The notes under the pieces: model-generated
Told to the model about the DNA's origin: nothing
Database searches by the model: none
What the model saw: only the letters and a program-made list of their open reading frames with translations
From: Prochlorococcus marinus str. NATL2A
GTDB taxonomy: Bacteria > Cyanobacteriota > Cyanobacteriia > PCC-6307 > Cyanobiaceae
Direction of reading: 5' to 3'
NCBI RefSeq assembly: GCF_000012465.1
Contig: NC_007335.2
Span: forward strand, 1,800,001 to 1,832,000
Length of the DNA: 32,000 nucleotides
In this document: piece by piece, positions 1 to 7,369 of the stretch
How positions within the stretch are numbered: the stretch's first letter is position 1
How the letters are laid out: every line of letters starts with the position of its first letter
Program-made: the position numbers and the translations under genes

Positions 1-26
1 AAAAAAAATCACTAGAACAGCAATAG

Positions 27-668
27 ATGGAATCTTCTCTACCAGTAGTGGAATGTTTTCATTCTCTACAAGGAGAAGGAGAACATGCAGGTAGAAGCGC
101 TTACTTCATCAGATTAGCTAGTTGTAAAGTTGGATGTCCTTGGTGTGATACAAAAGATTCGTGGAATTCAGAACTTCATCCACAACAAAGCTTGATAGAT
201 TTATCAACTCAAACAGCCAAAGCCCAAGAAGAAGGTGCAGCCTTTGTTGTAATCACGGGAGGTGAGCCACTACATCATAATTTAGATGATCTCTGTAAAG
301 AAATTAGAAAATCTACACTCAATCTAGAGAAAAAATCTATTCCAATTCATCTCGAAACTAGTGGAGTAGATATGCTCAGTGGCAAGCCAGATTGGATAAC
401 ATTATCTCCTAAACGGCATTCTCCTCCACGCCTTGATAATCTCTTATCTTGCCAAGAATTAAAAGTTGTTATCCAGAATGCTGAAGATTTACTTTTTGCT
501 AAAACAATGGCTGATTCAATAAAAAATAATGGAAAAATTAAACCTCAATTATTTTTGCAAGCAGGATGGGAAAATGAAGAAGGACAAACACTTGCAATCA
601 AGTTTGTCAAAAATAATCCGGATTGGAGATTAAGTATGCAAACTCACAAATGGCTAGGTGTACTCTAA
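27..668 (+). CDS. queE: 7-carboxy-7-deazaguanine synthase (radical SAM, queuosine pathway)
   Basis: 213-aa ORF with the radical-SAM cluster motif CKVGCPWC (CX3CX2C) near the N-terminus and a C-terminal ...QTHKWLG typical of QueE. Lies directly upstream of queC. Confidence 0.85.
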   Translation: MESSLPVVECFHSLQGEGEHAGRSAYFIRLASCKVGCPWCDTKDSWNSELHPQQSLIDLSTQTAKAQEEGAAFVVITGGEPLHHNLDDLCKEIRKSTLNLEKKSIPIHLETSGVDMLSGKPDWITLSPKRHSPPRLDNLLSCQELKVVIQNAEDLLFAKTMADSIKNNGKIKPQLFLQAGWENEEGQTLAIKFVKNNPDWRLSMQTHKWLGVL

Positions 669-717
669 CCATCTATATAAATGAGATTTTGCTTCATTAG
701 ATTTAAAAATAAAAATA

Positions 718-1395
718 ATGATTGAACATACAACAATTGCATTACTTTCCGGAGGAATTGATTCAGCTACAGCTGCATGTATCGCTATGGAAGCTGGGCA
801 AAAAGTAATTGGATTATCATTTGATTATGGCCAACGACATCTTAAGGAGTTACAAGCAGCAGCAGATTTAGCAAAAAATTTAAATCTTGAGGATCATATA
901 ACAATAAAGATTGATTTGTCTTCTTGGGGTGGTTCCTCCTTGACCGACACGTCACAAGCAATACCAACTCAAGGCATACAAAAAAATACTATTCCTAACA
1001 CTTACGTTCCGGGTAGAAACACTATCTTTGTTGCTATTGGTTTGAGTCTTGCAGAAGCTCGTGGAGCCAATCGAATCGCATTAGGAATAAATGCAATGGA
1101 CTATTCTGGATATCCAGATTGTAGACCGGATTATTTAAAAGCATATCAAGAATTAGCTAACCTATCGAGCAGAGTAGGACGCGAGGGAAATGGGATAAAA
1201 CTCTGGGCTCCACTACTAGATTGGGAAAAAACAAAAATCTTTGAAGAGGCATTACGCTTAAAAATTCCTATAGAAAAAACATGGAGTTGCTATCAAGGTG
1301 AAAGTAAACCATGTGGTAAATGTGATAGTTGTCGTATTAGAGATAAAGCATTAAAAGAAATAGGTCGCGAAGATCTATGTAGTCAAAATATCTAG
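718..1395 (+). CDS. queC: 7-cyano-7-deazaguanine (preQ0) synthase
   Basis: 225 aa. PP-loop motif [12 protein letters not shown] near the N-terminus and the C-terminal zinc cysteine cluster C..CGKCDSC characteristic of QueC. Confidence 0.9.
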   Translation: MIEHTTIALLSGGIDSATAACIAMEAGQKVIGLSFDYGQRHLKELQAAADLAKNLNLEDHITIKIDLSSWGGSSLTDTSQAIPTQGIQKNTIPNTYVPGRNTIFVAIGLSLAEARGANRIALGINAMDYSGYPDCRPDYLKAYQELANLSSRVGREGNGIKLWAPLLDWEKTKIFEEALRLKIPIEKTWSCYQGESKPCGKCDSCRIRDKALKEIGREDLCSQNI

Positions 1396-2735
1396 TGAAA
1401 AATATTAAACGACTACTATGTCAATGGGAATCACCTGAGCTAGTAGCCTATAAATTGATTCGAGAATGGGGAGAGGCAGGATTTATATGGCTTGATGGCG
1501 ATGGGAGTGATTTAGGTCGATGGGTCACCTTAGGAATTAATCCTTTAGAACAGTTTTGTTCTAGAGAATTAGGAAATTCAAAAAAGTACTCTAATCCTTT
1601 TAAAATTTTACGCGAATTACCGCAAGGGCATTGGACTGGTTGGTTGAGTTATGAAGCTGCATCTTGGACAGAACCACAAAACCCATGGCAAAAAAGTTCC
1701 ATGGCAACTTTATGGATAGCCTCTCATGACCCTATATTAAAATTTGATCTTCAGAAGAGAGAGCTATGGCTAGAAGGCAAAGATCCAAAACGCATCTCAA
1801 TTATGGAAAATTTTCTAAACAGTACTTTTCACCAAAAGCTTTCTAAACCAGACAGTGAAGCAGCAAAACAAGCAGAATGCAAACATAGTATTCCCCTAGA
1901 ATCTTGGGACTGGCGGTTAACAAGTCAAGAATATTCTGAAAGAGTTGATGAGATCAAAGAATGGATTGCGAACGGTGATATTTTTCAGGCTAATCTAACT
2001 ACCTCATGCCAAGCCCCATTGCCAGAATCCATGCGTCCAATAGACGTATATTCAAAACTTAAAAAATACTCCCCTGCTCCATTTGCTGGAGTAATTATTG
2101 GCGATCAGATGGCAAAAGGAGAAGCTATTATATCAACTTCACCAGAAAGATTTTTAAAAGCGTTACCCAGTGGTGAGGTGGAAACGAGACCAATCAAAGG
2201 TACTAGACCAAGAGATAGAGATCCAGAAAAAGATGCTGATTGGGCAGCAGAGCTTATTTGTAGTCCAAAAGATCATGCTGAGAATGTAATGATTGTAGAT
2301 CTACTAAGAAATGATCTTGGAAGAGTATGCCAACCTGGTTCAATCAATGTTCCTCATCTACTAGTTTTAGAAAGCTATTCACAAGTTCATCATCTGACTT
2401 CAGTAGTTAAAGGTAGACTCAATACAAATAAGACTTGGGTTGACTTGCTTGAAGCCTGCTGGCCAGGAGGTTCAGTAACAGGAGCACCGAAGCTTAGAGC
2501 ATGTAAAAGATTGTATGAACTTGAACCAACAGCGAGAGGTCCATATTGTGGATCAATATTAAATATAAATTGGGATGGAGTACTTGATAGTAATATTCTC
2601 ATTCGATCTTTAATGATTAAAGAATCTTCTATCAGTGCTCATGCTGGATGTGGAATTGTTGCAGATTCAGATAGTCAAAAGGAAGCTGAAGAAATGAATT
2701 GGAAATTGATGCCACTTTTAAACGCATTAACATGA
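1395..2735 (+). CDS. pabB: aminodeoxychorismate synthase component I (chorismate-binding enzyme family)
   Basis: 446 aa with chorismate-utilising motifs (SPERFL, PIKGTRPR, GGSVTGAPK, RGPYCGS). The GTG start overlaps the queC TAG stop by 1 nt. Assignment to PabB rather than TrpE rests on the adjacent pabC-like gene. Confidence 0.75.
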   Translation: MKNIKRLLCQWESPELVAYKLIREWGEAGFIWLDGDGSDLGRWVTLGINPLEQFCSRELGNSKKYSNPFKILRELPQGHWTGWLSYEAASWTEPQNPWQKSSMATLWIASHDPILKFDLQKRELWLEGKDPKRISIMENFLNSTFHQKLSKPDSEAAKQAECKHSIPLESWDWRLTSQEYSERVDEIKEWIANGDIFQANLTTSCQAPLPESMRPIDVYSKLKKYSPAPFAGVIIGDQMAKGEAIISTSPERFLKALPSGEVETRPIKGTRPRDRDPEKDADWAAELICSPKDHAENVMIVDLLRNDLGRVCQPGSINVPHLLVLESYSQVHHLTSVVKGRLNTNKTWVDLLEACWPGGSVTGAPKLRACKRLYELEPTARGPYCGSILNINWDGVLDSNILIRSLMIKESSISAHAGCGIVADSDSQKEAEEMNWKLMPLLNALT

Positions 2736-3559
2736 CTGAAAATAAGAACGAAAAATTAGGATGGATTAATGGTCATTGGGGAGTCTTCAAAGATTTAAAA
2801 GTGCCAATTAATGATCGAGGTCTCAACTTTGCGGATGGCATCTTTGAAACGATTTTAATTTTGAATGGAATTCCACAGCTTCTAGATGAGCATTTAAATA
2901 GATGGGAAAAAAGTGCAAGTATCTTAGAAATGAATTCCCCACCATCGAAAGAATGGTTGATTTCACTCGTTGAAGATGGCATTAATCAAGCACAATTAAA
3001 GAACATCAATGGAGTCATTCGTATTAATTGGACCAGAGGAGAATCCGAACAACGTGGAATTGATATCAGCAAGACAAGCCTTCATAGTTTTTGGTTGGAG
3101 ATAGATTCTTATCAACCAAATTTTGAATCTATATCTACAATAATTAGTCAAACCGAAAGAAGAAATTCTTTTAGCCGATTGAGTTCTTGTAAAACATTTT
3201 CCTATAACCAAGGGATTCAAGCACGTATTGAAGCAAAAAATCTAGGCTTTAATGATGCACTATTATTAAATAGTCAAGGTGAAATATGTTGCGCCACGAC
3301 AGCAAATATATTAGTAAAAAGAGAAAATAATTGGTTAACTCCACCATCTAATAGTGGTTGTCTACCTGGCATAATGCGTCAAAGAGGAATTGAGTTGAAC
3401 ATAATAAAAGAAGCTCTCATTGAAGCGACACCAAAAGATAATGATGAATGGTTTTTAATCAATAGTTTAAGTTGTCGTCCAATTCAAAAAATAAACAAAA
3501 AAGAATTAAAAATATCAACTAACCCCAAAGAATTTTGGCTGAGTTTGTTAAAAATCTAA
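2732..3559 (+). CDS. pabC: aminodeoxychorismate lyase / class IV aminotransferase fold
   Basis: The track ORF begins at 2699, but the in-frame ATG at 2732 forms an ATGA overlap with the pabB stop (2733-2735). N-terminal ING.W....L.V...DRGL.F.DG.FET is typical of class IV PLP enzymes. The start is ambiguous between 2699 and 2732. Confidence 0.7.
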   Translation: MTENKNEKLGWINGHWGVFKDLKVPINDRGLNFADGIFETILILNGIPQLLDEHLNRWEKSASILEMNSPPSKEWLISLVEDGINQAQLKNINGVIRINWTRGESEQRGIDISKTSLHSFWLEIDSYQPNFESISTIISQTERRNSFSRLSSCKTFSYNQGIQARIEAKNLGFNDALLLNSQGEICCATTANILVKRENNWLTPPSNSGCLPGIMRQRGIELNIIKEALIEATPKDNDEWFLINSLSCRPIQKINKKELKISTNPKEFWLSLLKI

Positions 3560-3581
3560 AAAATAATATCGGACAGACTAT

Positions 3582-4367
3582 CTATATAGGAATTGGAAAT
3601 GTCACTTCAGCTGGCTTTGGAGAGCAAGCTTCTACCTGAAAATCCACAACTGAACCTATTACAACAATCGCAGGAGACCTTAAATTTTCTTCTTGAACTC
3701 GGTCAAAAAGCTTTACCAAAGGGCTCTTAATATAACGTTGACCAATTACAGTCCCCTGCTCAATAACTGCCGCAGAAGTTTCAGGATTCATACCACCAGC
3801 AATCAACTCTGCTGAGATAAATTTTAAATTATGAACACCCATATATATAACGATTCCATCACTGGATTTCGCTAAAGACCGCCAATTTACAGCTGGGCGT
3901 TTTTTATCAATCCCCTCATGTCCAGTCACAAAAGTAACTGAAGATCCAGCAAGTCTATGAGTAATAGGTATCCCAACATAAGCAGGAGCAGCTATACCTG
4001 AAGTAACGCCAGGTACTACTTGTACTGGAACCCCTTTTTTATGAAGATAAGAAGCTTCTTCCGCACCTCTACCAAACAAAAATGGATCACCACCTTTTAA
4101 TCTAACAATACAAGAATAACTCTTTGATAAATCAAACAAAATATCATTCGTTGTCCTTTGAGGAACCGAGTGATGACCACGCCTCTTGCCTACTGAATGA
4201 AGTTGACAATTTGAAGAAACTAGTGCAAGTAGCTCTACAGGAACTAAAGAGTCGTATACAAGAGCATCACATTTACTAATTAGTTTTTGCGCTTTTACTG
4301 TTAATAAATCGGGATCACCAGGACCTGCTCCGACAAGATGCACAGTGCCAAACTGATTTGTATTCAT
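3582..4367 (-). CDS. cobA: uroporphyrinogen-III C-methyltransferase (SUMT, siroheme/corrin branch)
   Basis: 261 aa. N-terminal VHLVGAGPGDPDLLTVKA and later LKGGDPFLFGRG, PGVTS motifs of tetrapyrrole methylases. Its ATG (4367-4365) overlaps the TGA of the upstream ORF (ATGA). Confidence 0.9.
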   Translation of the reverse strand: MNTNQFGTVHLVGAGPGDPDLLTVKAQKLISKCDALVYDSLVPVELLALVSSNCQLHSVGKRRGHHSVPQRTTNDILFDLSKSYSCIVRLKGGDPFLFGRGAEEASYLHKKGVPVQVVPGVTSGIAAPAYVGIPITHRLAGSSVTFVTGHEGIDKKRPAVNWRSLAKSSDGIVIYMGVHNLKFISAELIAGGMNPETSAAVIEQGTVIGQRYIKSPLVKLFDRVQEENLRSPAIVVIGSVVDFQVEACSPKPAEVTFPIPI

Positions 4368-5257
4368 GGCAAGTTACCCAAAATATTAACAAGACCACAA
4401 TGAATAATATCAATCTCAAGCAAAGATTTAAGCTGCTCTCCTTTACTATCAATTTCTACATTTTTGTTTGGAGTCAAAAGATAGGGAATAGGAAGATAAT
4501 TCTTCTCCTTTTTATCGGTATCTTGATTCCATCTAGACCATGAATAAAGAGGAATATTTAGGAATTTTTCTAAGGACTTAAGAAAAACACTTGAAGTATC
4601 TGAAGAGACAGGGTGATGAATCAACGCAGGTTTAACAAAAGGACTCTGACTAGTTATCAGATCATCTATTAATGATAGCCATGGTATAAAAGAACCTAGG
4701 AAAGGAAACAATTTTATATTTTGTCCCTCTTCTTGCAAACGTTGAAATATTTTTGGTACATCACTACAAACATGACTTCCAGGTAACAAAAAAAGAGGAA
4801 CTAAAAACACTGATCTATTACCGATGTCAATTTGCTCTGGATTGTCATCAGTTAAAGCCTCTATTGAAACAGAGCGATTTTTAAGCCTCTTTAATTGGTC
4901 AACCAAAGAAAGAAGAGATGGATGTATCTCACCACCTCGAGAACCATGCACTAGTAAATGTAAATGGTGAGGAGGCTCACAATTAATTCTATTTGGTAAC
5001 AAAGACAACTTTTGATGGACATCTGAAGATGTATTAGTACTTTCAGCTAATTTATTAAAATTGAGATGATGAGAAATTCTAGATACTCGAGAACAAATAA
5101 TTTCAGGCGAGGAGAAGGGGTTGATCGAAGAAACACTCAATACAGAGGAAGAAAAAGATTCAAAAGTACTTTTCATCGAGACCTCTTTGCTATGAAAGAG
5201 GTTTGGGAAATGCTCAAAAGTGGAGCGATTAGAAGCCTCGGAGAAATTGGACGCCAA
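4364..5257 (-). CDS. CbiX/SirB-like sirohydrochlorin chelatase with long Ser-rich N-terminal region
   Basis: Motifs LLVHGSRGG and VFLVPLFLLPGSHVCSDVP match the CbiX/SirB class II chelatase signature. The ORF as drawn starts at TTG (5257). An internal ATG at 5176 (residue M28) is an alternative start. Translationally coupled to cobA. Confidence 0.6.
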   Translation of the reverse strand: MASNFSEASNRSTFEHFPNLFHSKEVSMKSTFESFSSSVLSVSSINPFSSPEIICSRVSRISHHLNFNKLAESTNTSSDVHQKLSLLPNRINCEPPHHLHLLVHGSRGGEIHPSLLSLVDQLKRLKNRSVSIEALTDDNPEQIDIGNRSVFLVPLFLLPGSHVCSDVPKIFQRLQEEGQNIKLFPFLGSFIPWLSLIDDLITSQSPFVKPALIHHPVSSDTSSVFLKSLEKFLNIPLYSWSRWNQDTDKKEKNYLPIPYLLTPNKNVEIDSKGEQLKSLLEIDIIHCGLVNILGNLP

Positions 5258-5310
5258 TACTAAATGAGAAATTATGAAACCAATTAATCAATTAAATGGA
5301 TAGATAGGAT

Positions 5311-5324
5311 GTATTGAATGATAC
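5311..5324. promoter_or_regulatory. Candidate NtcA binding site (GTA-N8-TAC) in the divergent nirA / chelatase-cobA intergenic region
   Basis: Exact GTATTGAATGATAC, centred about 93 nt upstream of the nirA ATG. nirA is a classical NtcA target in cyanobacteria. An A-rich possible -10 (TAAAAA, about 5346-5351) lies at roughly the expected spacing but is not a clean TAN3T. Confidence 0.6.
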
Positions 5325-5410
5325 CAAGATAAATAAAAAATTTGGTAAAAACTGATACATCTAAAGTTTAGATTTTAAAGGTTAATTATAAATGTCAAAC
5401 CTCAATACTA

Positions 5411-7072
5411 ATGGTTCAATACTATCTCGAAGGCAAAAAACTAAATCAAGTTGAAAAAAATAAAGCTGCTAAGGATGGACTCGAAATCGGAAAGGATATA
5501 GACAAATTTGCTGAAATGGGTTGGGAGCAAATGGATAAAACTGATTTAGAATTAAGATTGAAATGGTATGGGATGTTTTGGAGACCCAAAACCCCTGGAA
5601 AGTTTATGTTAAGGTTAAGAATACCTAATGGAATAATCAATGCAGAACAATTAAAAGTAATTGCATCAATTGTTGCGAGATATGGAGAGAATGGAAGTTG
5701 TGATATAACAACTAGACAAAATATACAACTTAGAGGTGTTTTAATTAGTGATTTGCCTGAGATATTAAATAGGTTAAAAAAAGTAAACATATCAACAACT
5801 CAATCTGGATTTGATAATCCAAGAAATGTTACTGGAAATCCCATCGCTGGAGTTGATCCAGAAGAGATTATAGACACAAGAATATATACATCAAAAATGC
5901 AAGATCATTTAACTAGCGATGGTAAAGGAAACTCAGAATTTTCAAATCTTCCAAGGAAATGGAACACAGCTATAGCAGGCTCTAAGGATAATTTTCTTTT
6001 ACATAATGATTTAATTTTTCATCCAGTTAAAATTAATGAGGTTTTAGGTTTTAGTGTTTGGATTGGAGGTGTACTTTCATCAGTAATGAATGAATATGCA
6101 GTTCCGTTGAATGCCTGGGTTGAAGAAGAAAAAATTTATGAATTAACATCAATTATTTTATCCCTCTGGAGAGATAATGGGGAACGTAATATAAGACCTA
6201 AAGGTAGGTTTAGATTTTATTTAGATAAAATTGGCATTGAAACATTTAGAAATCTTATCGAAAAACAATATGGAACATTAAAAGAAGATCCAGGGTCAAT
6301 ATTTTCAGATAAACCAAGGTCATTTTTTGGAATTCATTCTCAAAAACAAGAAGGTAAATATTTTGCAGGAATTCATGTGCCAGTAGGCCGTCTTTTGGCT
6401 GAAGATTTACAAGATCTAGCAAATATATGTGAGAATTTTGGTGATAAAGAAATAAGACTTACCGAAGATCAAAATATTATTATTACTGGTATAGATACAA
6501 ATCTAATTGAAGAATTTAAGGAGCAATCTATCTTACAAAAGTTTCCATTAGAACCAGAAACTATTGCAGCAGGTACTGTTTCTTGTACTGGAAATACCTA
6601 TTGTGGTTTCGCTCTAACAAATACAAAAGATCAAGCTTTAAAAGTCTCGCATGAATTAGACAAAGAATTAGATTTGAAAGACGAATTAAAGATTCATTGG
6701 ACTGGGTGTCCTAATAGTTGTGGTCAAGCCTATATGGGAGGAATTGGTTTAACGGGCAAAAAAGCTAAAGACAAAGAAGGAAAAACCGTTGAAGCTTATG
6801 ATATAAGCATTGGTGGATCACAAGGGCCTAATTATAAATTAGGAGAATTAATAAAAAAATCTGTCCCTCAAAATGAATTAAAAGATGTACTAAAAGATTT
6901 ACTTATTTCAGATTTTGATGCAAAAGAAAAAATATTTTTAAGTAAAAAATCTGGTTCATTAACTCGATTTATGAATTGGTTTAGTCCTCTTGGCAAAGAT
7001 AAACCGCTGATTAATCGAGCTAATGGCAGCCACGACATCTTTTCCAAATTTATGAATCGAATTAGTAATTAA
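5411..7072 (+). CDS. nirA: ferredoxin-nitrite reductase (siroheme/4Fe-4S)
   Basis: 553 aa. N-terminal KDGL...FA..GWE.....D...RLKWYGMFWRPKTPGKFMLRLRIPNG. Cluster-ligand cysteines in CTGNTYCGFA ... WTGCPNSCGQ. Has an extra C-terminal tail; see findings. Confidence 0.92.
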   Translation: MVQYYLEGKKLNQVEKNKAAKDGLEIGKDIDKFAEMGWEQMDKTDLELRLKWYGMFWRPKTPGKFMLRLRIPNGIINAEQLKVIASIVARYGENGSCDITTRQNIQLRGVLISDLPEILNRLKKVNISTTQSGFDNPRNVTGNPIAGVDPEEIIDTRIYTSKMQDHLTSDGKGNSEFSNLPRKWNTAIAGSKDNFLLHNDLIFHPVKINEVLGFSVWIGGVLSSVMNEYAVPLNAWVEEEKIYELTSIILSLWRDNGERNIRPKGRFRFYLDKIGIETFRNLIEKQYGTLKEDPGSIFSDKPRSFFGIHSQKQEGKYFAGIHVPVGRLLAEDLQDLANICENFGDKEIRLTEDQNIIITGIDTNLIEEFKEQSILQKFPLEPETIAAGTVSCTGNTYCGFALTNTKDQALKVSHELDKELDLKDELKIHWTGCPNSCGQAYMGGIGLTGKKAKDKEGKTVEAYDISIGGSQGPNYKLGELIKKSVPQNELKDVLKDLLISDFDAKEKIFLSKKSGSLTRFMNWFSPLGKDKPLINRANGSHDIFSKFMNRISN

Positions 7073-7369
7073 TTCGATTTTATAAAAAATTAGTTTTCTT
7101 ACTTTTTAAATTTATGACTCAAAGTACTTCTCAAATGAGCTACGTCTTACCTAAAGATTCTATTTCTCGTTTCATGAATTGGTTTAACAACCTTGGTAAA
7201 GATAAACCGCTGATTAATCGAGCTAATGGCAGCCACGACATCTTTTCCAAATTTATGAATCGAATTAGTAATTAATTCGATTTTATAAAAAATTAGTTTT
7301 CTTACTTTTTAAATTTATGACTTCAAGTGCCTCTCAAATGGACTACGTCCTACCAAATGAATTGGTAGA
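6964..7369. repeat. Tandem direct duplication, 2 x 203 bp, spanning the nirA 3' end, the intergenic spacer and the focA 5' end
   Basis: Position p aligns with p+203. The stretch 6995-7119 is identical to 7198-7322 (125/125). The left flank 6964-6994 has 8 mismatches in 31 nt and the right flank 7120-7164 has about 12 in 45 nt, counted by hand. Confidence 0.95.
7114..7275 (+). CDS. Small chimeric ORF (53 aa): FocA-like N-terminus + NirA C-terminal-tail-like sequence
   Basis: Not in the supplied ORF track. Hand translation of ATG 7114 to TAA 7273-7275 gives MTQSTSQMSYVLPKDSISRFMNWFNNLGKDKPLINRANGSHDIFSKFMNRISN. Residues 1-14 parallel the FocA start MTSSASQMDYVLPN. Residues 19-53 parallel the NirA end RFMNWFSPLGKDKPLINRANGSHDIFSKFMNRISN. 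It has the same upstream sequence as focA. Expression is unknown. Confidence 0.4.
   Translation: MTQSTSQMSYVLPKDSISRFMNWFNNLGKDKPLINRANGSHDIFSKFMNRISN

Noticed and set aside
4358-5263. Short plus-strand ORFs 4358-4543 and 5066-5263 overlapping the chelatase-like gene.
   Set aside because: They overlap a minus-strand ORF that carries recognisable CbiX motifs and have no motifs of their own. They are likely spurious.
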